DNA of 64,000 nt from Octopus sinensis. Taxonomy: Eukaryota. Shown piece after piece: positions 40,563 to 54,313 of this stretch (positions within the stretch are counted from its first letter, which is position 1; every line of letters starts with the position of its first letter). A model generated the notes under the pieces. That model saw nothing but the letters and a program-made list of their open reading frames with translations, did not search any database and had not been told where the DNA came from. A program made the position numbers and the translations under genes. The stretch covers positions 32,612,001-32,676,000 of the forward strand of contig NC_043009.1 in the NCBI RefSeq assembly GCF_006345805.1. The letters run 5' to 3'.

Positions 40563-40612
<50 letters not shown>

Positions 40613-41624
40613 TTCTCAACCAAGAGTATTCAGTCAGAATATAAGCGTAACGTCTGATGTTAAGTAGGAAGAGAGACGCGAACAGTGTAATATACTTTCC
40701 CAAGCTATATAGCAGCAAGCATCAAGCCTGTAGCTAAGAACGAATTGATTTAATAACACAAAATAAAACCTCGTAATGATAACGCCGGCAGACAGATTTT
40801 CAAATCATTTAGCGTGATTTGCTCTCGCTTTTTATCACTCTCATACTTATTCATAACTTTTCTCTATCCTATTTTCTTAATCCCCTTTCTCTCTTTCTCC
40901 CTTTCTCTCTCCCTCACGTTCTCTTCCTGTTAGCTTGTGTCTTTATCTCTCATTAGCCCTACATCATTTAATCCTTTCCTTCAATATTTATCTTACTATT
41001 TTATTTCCTATTTCGTATTATATATTCCTACATCCCCCCTCCTTGTCTCTCCGTCTCGTCTTTCCTCCTAACAGAAGTCGAACATGTGTATTGTTATTAG
41101 GTTTGTATTGATGGATTGCCAGTGTATTCTTTGGAATAGAACTGTACATTTGAGTGATGCGCTGGAGTGGAAATATACTAAGAAGTATTCAAATAAGGAA
41201 GAATAAGGATAAATAAGCTACTGCGATTCTGAACGAAGTTCTTAGCGATCGTAACAGTATCCTGCAAGCAATCTTAAGTTGTCTTACTATATATGATACC
41301 AATCTATTTAATAATGAATTCTATCAGAGATACAACGTTAAAAACTTGCGGAGGATGTGTTATTCGATTAAACAAACTCCACGACATAACTGGTATTATA
41401 CTTTGTAGATGCATGAAGACTGAAAAAGAACTTTGGCTCCACGGGATTTGATCTAAGAACTGCACGGTATACATCTAATGCTCAAGCATTCTACCACTGT
41501 TTCAAGTGTTAATGGTGATTCCTAACATAGAAGCTATCCCCTTATTTCGAAGAAGGATTCAGATTGACCGCTGAAATTCGCTGATGTCTATTTTACTGCA
41601 ACCGAAATAATAATAATAATAATA

Positions 41625-41675
<51 letters not shown>

Positions 41676-42405
41676 CAACAACAATAACAGCAACAACAGC
41701 AACAACAAGTTTAAAATCTATGTTTTAAAAACTTAGAACACGATGTGATGCAACTGAATTAAGCCCGAAACTTTACTGATTCTGTTGATCTTCTGTTACT
41801 GTGGGGTCACCGTTAAGAAAATATGTTATATAGAGAATGATCCATTGGATTTTTACATTGAGACTTACACGAAATTTCATCTACAGAAATATTCATTCAA
41901 AGGCAGTTGTATTACAATAATCTCCGTTTTGTCACTTCACAAGCTCTCGTTTCAACTTGTTTGACTTTATCCTTATTCAGAGAGAAAGAGAGAGGTTGTG
42001 CACCTTTTAGCCGAAGCAGTTTCATTTCAAGCATTTGGGTATTGGAAGTCAATGTGTTGACAGTCGAAATAAGAGATAGAATAGTTATACATCTATGCAC
42101 ATTATTGCCCGCAGCTGTAAGTTAAAAGGGATAAACACACAAGTGTATTTACCATTACAAAAGTTACACAGTTTAGCCACGAGAAGCGCTGCCAATATCT
42201 ATGGACTTGAAACGCTTTAACATTTCTTTCGAAAGAGGCAGGTCAAACCATTCAAACACATTAGGATTATTTTATTGATTACCAATGAATATATTGATTA
42301 AGAATATTCCACAATAGCTGCACTCTACTATGTGATGACTTAAAAGTATTAGTAACGTGTACATGCATACAGACACACACGCACCTATTATTATTATTCT
42401 TATTA

Positions 42406-42442
<37 letters not shown>

Positions 42443-42937
42443 TATTATTAGTTGCGAGAGGGACGTTTTATCATACAAGAACAGATAAAAACGAATCGTT
42501 TAAGGATACTGGAGTCGGTCTGTATGAAGTTGGTATATCGATGTAAAGAAAGTCTGTCGGTGTTTCTGACAATGTTATTCTTGAAAGACTACAATAATTT
42601 GACAAGCTACACCAAATATCACCCTTTCTCTGCGAAAACTAAAATCGAGACGATGCCAACTTTCACTCATAAAGGCATAAGAATGCAAGTATTGTTTACT
42701 TTTAAAAGACTCTTACATATATGTCTGTTAATCTTTAAAAACTTTCTCTTGTCTTTGATGTAGCGGTACAATTAATGATGGCTAGAACTTAGGCCTACCA
42801 TGTTGTTTTTAATCTTTATCACTCTATGGTGAATATATATTCTGTATGATTCCACAAATAGACACACATTCATTTACATGTTTGTCTAAATATATTTCTC
42901 TCTCGTTCTCTCTCTCTCTCTCTGTCTCCCTCTGTCT

Positions 42938-43024
<87 letters not shown>

Positions 43025-43025
43025 T

Positions 43026-43318
43026 ATTCGGCTCGCGATCGTGGGGGCGTGAGTTCAATTCTCGGCGGCGCGTTGTGTCCTTGAGCAATACACTTTATTT
43101 CACGTCGCACCAGTCTGCTCAGCTAGGAAAAATGAGTAGTACTTGTATTTCAAGGAGCAGGCCTAGTCACACTCTGTGTCACACTGACTATCTCTGAGAA
43201 GTATTTGAAAGGGTACACGCGTCTGTGCAGTGCTCAGCCGCGTGGACGTTAATCTCACGAGGGAAGTGTTCCGTTGATCGGATCAATTGGAACCCTCGAC
43301 GTCGTAAGCGATGGCGTG
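43026..43318 (+). mobile_element. SINE family C copy lacking the extreme 5' head
   Basis: GAGTTCAATTCTCGG, TTGTGTCCTTGAGCAATACACTTTATTTCACGTCG, GTTGATCGGATCAA...CCTCGACGTCGTAAGCGATGG. Confidence 0.8.
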
Positions 43319-43319
43319 C

Positions 43320-43360
<41 letters not shown>

Positions 43361-43894
43361 ATATATGTATATTCAAGAGCGAATATTCATAAAGATATTT
43401 TTGTTATTATCTTCAGTGGTAAGTATAAATAATTGGTAACAATAATATTGGTAGCAGTAAGCATTAAATAACTTTAGACAGCTATACAATTAAAATTTAT
43501 ATTCATAATAAGGGCACACGAGGCGCCTACCTGCTAGAAACAATTCAGAACGAATTGGCGCAAAACAATTAAGAACGCCAACAGACTCCAACGTGACGAG
43601 TTGAATTTTTCACTCGGTAAGACTTGCTGAGGAGAGCATTTTGCTAAACATCGAAATCATTATACAGGTATATCTTGATGCCGAACTATATAGCATGAAT
43701 TTTTCAGTGTCTTTGGTGGTTAAAATGAGGGTTTTAACTCTACTTTCTAGCAGGTATTCACACAAACACATACACATAGACACACTCAAACATGCACACG
43801 CACAAATACACACACGTACAAACACGAACATGAACACAAACACATGAATACGCAGATACATACATACAAATGTACATACATGCATATATATATG

Positions 43895-43969
<75 letters not shown>

Positions 43970-44402
43970 TGTATATATATATGCATACACATACATGCAT
44001 ACACACAGATACATACATGCATGCATAGATACATACATATGTGTATACTCATGCACACAAACGCGCACACATGCGTACAAACAAACTAACAAACAAAAAG
44101 AACGCAGTTCTGATAACGGACAGAGTCAACGACTATTTAAAAGTTTGCACAACGCAGCGATAGTTTTATAAATAATAAATAAGTAAATGAATGGAAATCG
44201 AACCGGTGAGTGTGTTAAATAAGATGGCACTAAAAGAGAATGACTCTCTACAGACACAATAATATATATACATATATATATGTGTGTGTATGTGTGTGCG
44301 TGTGTGTGTGTGCGTCTGTGTATATAAACATATACATATACATAATCATATATATATATATATAACATATATATATATGTATATATATACTCACACATGC
44401 AC

Positions 44403-44440
<38 letters not shown>

Positions 44441-45316
44441 TTTAACGGGAACAGATTATTTGTTTTCACTTAAGAAAAATGCATTACTCTGATGTAAATA
44501 TTACATAAATACATGTATAATATTCCTACTATAGAAATAATATAGCGTTCACTGTTTAAAATATGAATACATAGTCTAAGAGACCCGAGAACTCTAGGTA
44601 CGCCATCTATTTAATTTCTGCAGCAATTTGTCTTCTCTTTCCATTGTAACTAAGACTATTTTGGTCAAGTAACCCACAAGGACAACAATGTTCATAGATG
44701 AATTATTAACACTATTCAAGTCAATCCACTATAACGAAGAATGATTCTGAATGAATAACACTAAAGCAGAATATAATAAGTGTATATGAATGAAATGAGG
44801 ACTAATGGCAACACGGTATAACATTTGGTTGGAGAGCAACAGGTAATCTACAAAGAAAACTATTAAGACACATATATTATATTCCAAATTTTCCAGACAA
44901 CTTTGTAAAGTTGAATTCATACTAGAGGCAGAGCTAAGCGTCAATTATTTTCAGACGCCATTTGTAAATAGGCAAACAGTGGAGAGCAAGTATCTCCGTA
45001 TAAATATACGTATATTTGAGAATGTAGTTTTAGATGCACATCTGATTTAAATGTATATATTTGCAGAAGAATCTTGAGAATCAGCGGAAAACATAAGTGT
45101 ATTCCAAATATATTATGTCCTATTTATTTTCTATAACAGGGAAGAAGAGATGTAAATATCTAGTTGCATATTTTACTGATTTGTTCGGTTGTGTTGCGGC
45201 GTTTAGCGAAATTAATAGGCGCAGCACATCGTTGGTGTCTGTATGTGAGCGTGGATTCCACAAAATCAGCCGAAATATTCTGGGCTTAATTTTTATAGGA
45301 ATTAAATATTATTATA

Positions 45317-45445
45317 TAGATGATGATGATAGTGATGATGATCATGATGATCATGACGATGATCATGATGATGATGATCATGATGATCATGATGATCATG
45401 ATGATCATGATGATGATCATGATGATCATGATCATGATGATCATG
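45317..45445. repeat. (GAT)n-derived GATCATGAT higher-order repeat
   Basis: Directly visible. Confidence 0.9.
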
Positions 45446-47407
45446 ATAGGTTTTATTTACAGAAATAATGACAATGATTTGGATGATGAAGATGATGATC
45501 ATTAAGGCGATGATGATGACAATGATGAAGGCGATGACAATAGCGTTCTGTGATTGTTGTTGCTGTTGTTACAGTGGACGTTAAAATTATTCTGGATGAT
45601 GAAAAGTCAAATGAAGGAGATAAGATACAAACATGTTGAGAAAGAGACGAGAAGAGATCCCCCATGATAGAAGCAACATAGAATATGATTACAATTATAG
45701 CACCAACAACGGCCGTAAAATTAATGGCAACAACAGCTTTAAGAAGTAAAGGAAATTGCAACAACAATAACTGCGACGCCAAAAGAATGAACATTTAAAT
45801 AAGACCGCAAATAGTACAAACAGTTACAACTACAATATTGTGAACTGCAGACGTAATAACAAGAACAATAATAAAATAAGAGCTATCGTTGCCAAATTCT
45901 TTCTCAGCAATTATTGTTTGGGAATATCCTATTAACATTGGCGTATATTACTGAAGGAATCTCTTGCGATGAAAATATTAAATGTTTCTCAATGGTCGAT
46001 TAAATTATATTTTAAAATTCTAGAAAGTTAGAAACTTTCATATATTCTTTCTTTTTATATGTGCATTCTATGCATTCGAAGAAAACATATATTATTCATA
46101 ATGAGTAAAAAAAATGCAATTGAATTGCCATTTCACTTGTCTTAATGTTTCTGTTTAAATATCTTGTGCAAGTTCTATTTTATTCTATATTTTCCAAGTG
46201 ATTATAAATATGTGATCACTGTATTCATCGGTACGATTGAACTGAAATACATTAAGACAATTCTGGCACGTATTGGATGGAGTTATAGATTTTTCTACTA
46301 ATTTTAATCTTGAAAACGGGACAGGGTTAAAATGGGGTTAAAATGGATCATTTAATGCCGTGAACCTATGAACCAAACATTATGATTTGAATACATTTCT
46401 TTAAATCTACGTGAGAATTTTAATTTATTTGTAAGGAAAAATAACACTGACAAACATACAGAGAAACACACGCATAATCAAACACATGAAACTATACACA
46501 TACATACACCGACATAATATCATATGCAAATGAACAGATACAAACATACAAAAACATACACAAGCTATCAATCAACAACAGACCCATGTAGGTGTATAGA
46601 CATGAATTCATAAATGAACATAAAAGAACATAAACATGCAAATCCCACAAGAAACATATAGAGACACATATAAATTCATTCACAGCTCTGAAGGTGATCA
46701 GTTCCAAATCATAAACTTGTTGGTTCGATTCCTGTGCTGTGAAACGCATCCTGTCTTGGAACAAGCTACTTCATTTAATGTTCCTTGATTCCATTCAACT
46801 ATAGTAAGTGGTAGCAGAGTCTTCGTGAAGGCCTCTATAACCTTCTTTTGGCACTCACTACTATGGTTCGATCAGTTTAAATTACATAAGCGTCTGAAAC
46901 ACTAAGTGATCACTTATTAAATATTACTAAACTAAACTCGCTCGCAAGTAGTCGTTGACCATATCATTATAACGCACTGTAAAACCCTGACTGGAGGATT
47001 CTAGAACTGAAATGACAATGCCGATACTGGGCTTTCATATTGGATGAAGCTCCAACACAGGAAGACAAGCTGGAAGCACTCATTGCAATGAGAACTTTGG
47101 GGCAGAAAACTGAATTCCATAAACCTCGGGTCATTCTATCATAAGAAAAATGTACAAAATGCTTTAGAAACGATAATCAGGAATTATCAAATAGGAGCTT
47201 TTTCTGTGCTACTAGTGTTGCAGGGATAAATTATGCTCTGTGACACATTCAGCGGCTTTCCTCTTACACTCGAGTAAGATAGTTACGGTGAATGCCATGT
47301 GTGAGAGAGGAATTCTGGGAAGGACATTTATGTATACATACATATTATATATACACACGCACACATAACACACACACACACACACATATACTCACACATA
47401 ACTAGAA

Positions 47408-47697
47408 GTGGCACTCCGTCTGTTATGACGACGAGTGTTCGTGCTGATCAACTTAACAGCCCACATGTGAAATTTCTTTGCAAGTGATCAGGCGTACTAT
47501 TACTGTGATACTCAGTAAGATTCAGCATGACGCAGAATGCGATAAGCTTCGCCCTTTAAATTACAGCTACAACACACCTTAGCCAGCTGTGTGGACTGGA
47601 GTGATATGATGCTCAAGAAAACAAGGCGCTACCGGGATTCGATCTCAAGATTTACTGTCGTGAGCTAAGTGCTCTAACCATTGAGCCATGTACCTTC
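47408..47697 (-). mobile_element. SINE family C copy
   Basis: Reverse complement reads GAAGGTACATGGCTCAATGGTTAGAGCAC...CCTTGTTTTCTTGAGCATC...CTCCAGTCCACACAGCTGGC...CTCGTCGTCATAACAGACGGAGTGCCAC. Confidence 0.75.
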
Positions 47698-47809
47698 GCA
47701 CACACATGTACACATATTCAATGAACCTTTTAAACCATCTTTGCTGTTTATATAAAAATGTATGACTTATATGGAAGTTAGCATGGAATTAACGTTTATA
47801 TTTTATTTA

Positions 47810-48029
47810 CCTCAGCCATTAGACTGCAGCCATGCTGGAATACCCCTTTTATGGGGTTTTAGTTGAGCAATTCGACACCCGCCTCCATCGTGCTTGCTTT
47901 GAAGTCTGTTACTACTGTTGTACCAACAATAGTTGCGAAATGGAAGTAGTGGGCCAAACACAGAGGAAACCGTCTCACACACACACACAGATAGATAGGT
48001 AGATAGTTAGATAGATAGATAGATCGATC

Positions 48030-48120
<91 letters not shown>

Positions 48121-48123
48121 GCC

Positions 48124-48193
<70 letters not shown>

Positions 48194-48345
48194 CGGTTTT
48201 TTCTCGCCTGAAAATTCCCTCACAAGGTATTGTTCGACCTGGGGCAATGGTGGGAGCTACTTGCCGAAAGGGACACACAATGGATTGAGACCGAAATTAC
48301 GTAGCCGTAAAGCTTCTTGATAATACAGTGAAGTCTGTGCCTTGC
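47810..48345 (-). mobile_element. SINE family A copy with expanded internal (GATA/GACA)n
   Basis: Head at 48345-48200 aligns with 431-590, 3' part at 47810-47850 (CCAGCATGGCTGCAGTCTAAATGGCTGA), microsatellite at 47988-48192. Confidence 0.7.
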
Positions 48346-48963
48346 ATTAAAAATCCCTCCATATTCCATTTTTTCACGAAACAATTCCCTTTTTATACGT
48401 ATTTAGTGCTGAGTTTATTCATATTAGTTAATCCTATTCTTACCAAAAGCCACATCGATATTTAAAGCAAAGTTATCAAATATTAACAAATCAAGCTGAA
48501 CAGGTCATTTTTGTCATTCAAATATAGAATGTTGAGAAAAGTACAAGTAATAAATGAAATTAGGTAGTTGTTGGGGGGGGGGGGTTTCTGTGATAAACAA
48601 TATAAACAGAATAGGCAGAATATATTTACATTCTAAATATTTTTCTCACAGCTTGACTTTCTAATATCTAAATATCTATCTGATTTAAATAATCGCTGCA
48701 GACTTTATATTTTCAGGCAAAAATTGATAATAATGATCGAAGAATATAAAATGAAACCAACCAATAAACGGTATTGAATTATGGAATGTAAAATAAATAG
48801 AAATTTGACAAAATAGACAAAGGTGATTCGTAAACAAATATGTATTTATTGAACGTTATTGACCAAGTTAAACAATCTTGCAAGTGTTTATTTTGAAATA
48901 TAGACTTAAATATACTCATGAAGTACAAAGTATAATTTGTGTATGTGTGCGCACGTGTGTGTG

Positions 48964-48994
<31 letters not shown>

Positions 48995-49129
48995 TTAAAA
49001 TAACGCTTCATTAGATGTAGTAGAGTTTATATATTCTTTGGACCAGTTTACTTCCCAACCCATCGTTCCTGATTCAGTTTCAATGTTTTGTATCTTGGCC
49101 AAGTGTCTTGTGCCGAGCCGACAATAACA

Positions 49130-49665
49130 AGTGTCCTGATGCAGTACCAGACATGGCTTCTGAAGTGTTATCATGTACATTGTTTTGTCTTGGTATAAAA
49201 GATAGGCTACAGCAAATATTCTGCTCAATACCACATATTTACTTGTCAGTTGTTTAACTTTAACCAGCTGAGCATGTCCTTTAGTGGCTGACGATATGTA
49301 CATCTCTGATCATGAGCAGAGGTAGTGGGGGAGCATCATAGCCGTGTGCTGAAAGCAATCCTTGGAGGTTTGGATAAATCACCTTAGGAAACATGGGTGG
49401 TTCTTTCAACACCATTAAACAACCTTTATTCAGGGAACTTTTGAGCGGGATGGGCTACTCAAGCAGAAGAAAATTCTAGCTGGGCCCCACCTGCGCTGTT
49501 AATATTGATATGACATTATGTTGCGCACATATGGTTGTGATACATGTGCCTAGTGTACCCTTGTCAGACGGGTAGTCATGATGGGTATACTGGGCTTCGT
49601 ATATTTTACCCCAGTGTCACTTTGATGGCATACATCGTTCTCTCACTCAATAACAATAACAATAA
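49130..49665 (+). mobile_element. Interspersed retroposon-like repeat with (TAA/CAATAA)n tail
   Basis: Homologous to 23995-24305 (opposite strand); ends CTCTCACTCAATAACAATAACAATAATAAT. Confidence 0.75.
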
Positions 49666-49705
49666 TAATGATTATTACAAAGTAGCATAGCATTGACTTT
49701 AATTC

Positions 49706-49743
<38 letters not shown>

Positions 49744-50409
49744 CTTCGAATAGTCCTATACATGATTCTACTGCATAATTTAGTAACGGTTGAATAACCT
49801 ATTTTGAATACCTAACACTAAGCAAACCGATAAACGTTTAGAGAAATCCCTTACTAATTGCCAATATATATAGATAGATAGACAGACAGACAAACAGACA
49901 GGTAGATAGAAAAACATGGCCACATTCCAAAGAATGAAGAGAGTAAACGAATGAAAGAAACAAAAGTTGTTCTCTTTTATATTCTTCCAAGGGGGTTCAT
50001 CCAATCAGTTGGTATTCTGAGATTCTTAGATTCTTATATACCTTCGCTTGCAAGTGTAATCTAAAGAATACGTTTAAAGTATTAAACTCCGAGTGCAGTT
50101 AATTTTTCAATGGTCACCTTTAGGAAGGGAGTTATTCTTGACCAACTGGATTGGGGTACACAGAAACGTGGACGTGTAGATTTTTAGTTTCATTAAATCT
50201 AGAGGTCTGTTTCATTACTAACTGCTAACCCATCACAGCTAACGGCATCACAGTCATTTTTACTCACATTTATATGCATATATATATATATATATATATA
50301 TCTATATATATTATATATATATATGTATAAATATGTGTGTATATATATATATATATTATACATACACACACATACATACGCACACACACGGACACACACA
50401 TATATATAT

Positions 50410-50516
50410 AACGTAAAAGACTTGTTTTATTTATATTCCTGAGCGCCATACTAATACAATTGTTTGTTTGTACTCCACCTGCCTTCGTACTTTGTTTATT
50501 TTCATAAAGCTTCCCG

Positions 50517-50518
<2 letters not shown>
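50410..50518 (+). repeat. Penelope-like repeat fragment starting within the hammerhead core, between (TA)n arrays
   Basis: AACGTAAAAGAC...ATTCCTGAGCGCCATACTAATACAATTGTTTG...CCACCTGCCTTCGT matches the reverse complement of 58463-58560. Confidence 0.8.
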
Positions 50519-50606
<88 letters not shown>

Positions 50607-50637
50607 GGGAGAATGTTAGTAGTAATTTAGCTGGCGG

Positions 50638-50699
50638 ACTTTGGCTGATGAGAAATCAGGCACCTATTTGGCGTTAAATTTCGAAACCGGTACCAAGGT
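50638..50699 (+). ncRNA. Type I hammerhead ribozyme motif, complete core
   Basis: Stem I ACTTTGG/CCAAGGT (one G-U), CTGATGA 50645-50651, stem II GAAAT/ATTTC, GAAA 50683-50686, palindromic ACCGGT in place of stem III, predicted cleavage after GUA (A50692). Confidence 0.85.
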
Positions 50700-51012
50700 G
50701 ACTGGCATTTACTTGAGGTAGGACATTATTATTGTTCACTGATATTTGTTCCTATCTTATCTGTAATGGATTTGTGACTATTCGGTGGTACAGGTGTATT
50801 TTGTGACTTCTATCATTAGCGATATAGGTACTCATGTAGTACCCTTGTGTATATATGTACGTATCTAATATTGCATGTATATATTTTCTTAATTTGCCAG
50901 TACGGCTGATAATTCGCTTACCGCTAGTGATGGTATTTTAATTATACCATCCCTATATGTGTGTGTGTGTATATGTATGTATATATATATATAAATATAT
51001 ATATATATACAT

Positions 51013-51044
<32 letters not shown>

Positions 51045-52808
51045 GTACACACATACATACACACATATATACTTACATACTTGCTGCTGAATGTTGAACA
51101 TGAGATGAAATCATCTGATAGAATACAAAAGTTGTTAAGAACTTCGACCAGCCGATATACAAGTCTATTTCTTAATGTGCTTGGTTTCTTCTTTTTTCAT
51201 GACACAGTATACGAGCAATTACTGAAAGTATTTCTTAAACCAGATACACATTGTTGTATGTTAAAGGTGTATAAATTTAAAATCATTTCACAACTTTGAA
51301 TGAAATAGCAAGGGGAGAATTTAGAAGAAAAGAAAAATCTGGTAAAATCAAAATAAAAAAAAAAGATAAATGTGAAAAAAAAGTGAGAACAGAGAACAAC
51401 GTCTGTCTTGTTCCATATTCTTGTTAGTGATATCCTGCCCTTTGCTGACGGCAAAGATGTATATAACAGTATCATTAAATGATGTTCAGCTTTTAGATTT
51501 TATTAATAAATTGGTTCCGAACTGTGCACCACTATTAAATTCAGATATTGGTAAATGGTAAGAATTCGAATGCCTGGGAGAGAAGACATATTGAAAGGCT
51601 TATTAGGAGACATAGTAATCACGATATTTTCTTTCTCTGCAGCTGCAAACAACTACACATAACATGGCACACATGAATATATATATAAAAACACACACAC
51701 ATACATATCATGGTATACGTACAAGCACACATCGTAGCACACAACGCATAAAGTCACACATACACACACACACCCGTATATTTATGACTGTGTGTTTGTG
51801 TGTGTATGTGTGTGTCCTGTGTCTAAGTGCGTGTGTTGCACACAAGAGTACACAAGAGTACATCAGCCAGAAAAAAAAACATAGCGAAACCTTTTTAACA
51901 ATCTGCTCTTTTAAATCAAACGCACACTTTATCAATGAGATGTTGATGATTATCAACCTCCTCATCACCTTTATCATCATAATTATCACCATCGTCCTTA
52001 TCACCATCGAAATCGTCATCATCAATATAATCGCCATCATCATCATCATCATCAAAAGCAGCAGCAGCCTCACCACCGTCATCCTGATCCCAATCATTAT
52101 CATTATCATCATCATCAGCAGCAGCAGCAGCAGTAGCATTCTCATTATCATCGGCATCTTTATTATAATTATCATCACCATCATCCTCGTCATATCATCA
52201 TCATCAACAACAGCAGTAGCAGCATAGTCATCATCGTCATCATCATCATCATCATCATCATTATGACCATCGCCATCAAAAGTATCATCCTCGTCACCAT
52301 TACAGTCATTATGACATCATCATCATCATTGTCTTAATCACTATCGTCATAAACATCTTCATCACCATCATCATTGCCTTCAACCCAACGCAAACCTTTT
52401 ATACGCATCAAGTTAATAAGAAATCTAAATGATTGAAAGTATATGTTCCCCACACACACACACACGCAGCTTCTTTGACTTTTTCATTCTCTGTTTGTCG
52501 TTTCTTTATGTTAATTTATCGTGGCATTACGATATGAATATCATGATCTAGAGTTCAATATACGCATGCTTCAGAACTAATAAGAAAATCAAATGAGAAA
52601 GGAATAAAAGTTTATATTATGCAGTTCTTTACCTTACAGCCGTTTCTGTTATAAGATGCAGCTCACTCATAGTTGAGTGCTTCTTTGAGTAGCACCTTAT
52701 TGTTTAGTATGGCAGAGGCTCTTGGTTTCCATATCCCACATAGGTGTTTGCTTTCTCAAAGGTAATGCTTTTCCGTATATACATACATACACACACACAC
52801 ACGCACAT

Positions 52809-52842
<34 letters not shown>

Positions 52843-52981
52843 TAAATAAGTTGCACTTTATATTTGACGCTCTGGTGATACTGTAATGTGTTACTCACGC
52901 ACTCCACTATGAGTCCACATCATCTTTTAGCAGAGACATTTGCAATCTTATGAAGTCCATAAGTTAATCGTTCATGTCATC

Positions 52982-53042
<61 letters not shown>

Positions 53043-53997
53043 AATACATACATACAACCCTGTGTGTGAGTGTGTGAGTGTGTATGTGTGTGTGTGCATT
53101 TACATATACATACATTCTGATTGCATGGCTCTGTAGTACATGGTTTGCAGAGGTTTTCCTTCCAGTATTTTATAAAATTCTGTATAGAGTTCACCAATCT
53201 AAGTTATGTTGTTTGTACTTTTATTTTTCCTGTGGAACCACATATGAATCTGATGAATGGAATACCATTGAGTTTGATTGGCGCTGAAGACATCTATGCG
53301 CACGTATCGAAAGTAGTTAGTTGGAAGTCGAAATGATGCGTATGAATGCAATGGAAAAGTTATTTGTATACTGTGTATATAACTAGCCAATTACTTTCCG
53401 CTGAACAATAATTGGGTTCTCTGCAGTCTCAATTCATAATGTTTGGGATAGTTGTATAACAACATGGGAGAAGTGAAAGACTTAATACTACTTGCCGTTT
53501 TTAATCCGAATGGACTTTTATTAAAAATAAAGTAATAGTTATAATGTACAAATAAGTTATTTCTAAATAATCGTTGCAACTTGTGTAGCTGCAGCTAAAT
53601 TAGAAGGGGGATACCAAGTAATATTTCCTGTCCCAATATCGTGTCTCGCACACCTAGTTGTATCCACGACGTACTTATATTTTCTGTGTCAGATTCTGAA
53701 AAATGTTTTAATCAAATAAATACCTCGCTTATACAACGTAATACACAGATGTATGCACACATTTAGTTACATCAGCAATTTTTCGTTCAATTAGATTCAT
53801 TTTTTGTGTTTATATAGTTTACATTTAGCACTCGGAGGATGCATTTTATCCTTCCTCAGTGCTCGTATATTCTTTAATCTATGAATGTGTTTACATCTAC
53901 ATTCATGTGTATATGCCTGTATATTTATGCATTAGTATAGTATATATAAACAAATTAAGAGAATGAGATAAAAACGGATTTTTACCTCATTCTGTTA

Positions 53998-54035
<38 letters not shown>

Positions 54036-54274
54036 GTTTAAATATTTGTTGTGCAAGATTTTTTATGGCTGACGGTTAGTAAGGAGAGACACAAATAAGT
54101 GAGAAGAAAACAAAGGACCACTGATGCAGTCACAGGAGTGTGACGAAAGAACTCTGGCCGAAATATGATTAAGATTAATGTAAAAAATAAATAACACTGA
54201 AGCAAAGTAACACCAAATATATAGTGCGTGTGTTTTTATTGGCTAAACTGGCAAAATGACCATTCCGAAATATA

Positions 54275-54305
<31 letters not shown>

Positions 54306-54313
<8 letters not shown>

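Noticed and set aside
46990-47300. EKCTKC...SFFC stretch resembling an L1/Tx1 zinc-knuckle region
   Set aside because: Motif incomplete and interrupted by stops; cannot be supported by eye.
53258-53285. CTGATGA followed by hairpin ATGG-AATA-CCAT
   Set aside because: No GAAA or stem III follows, so the core is incomplete.
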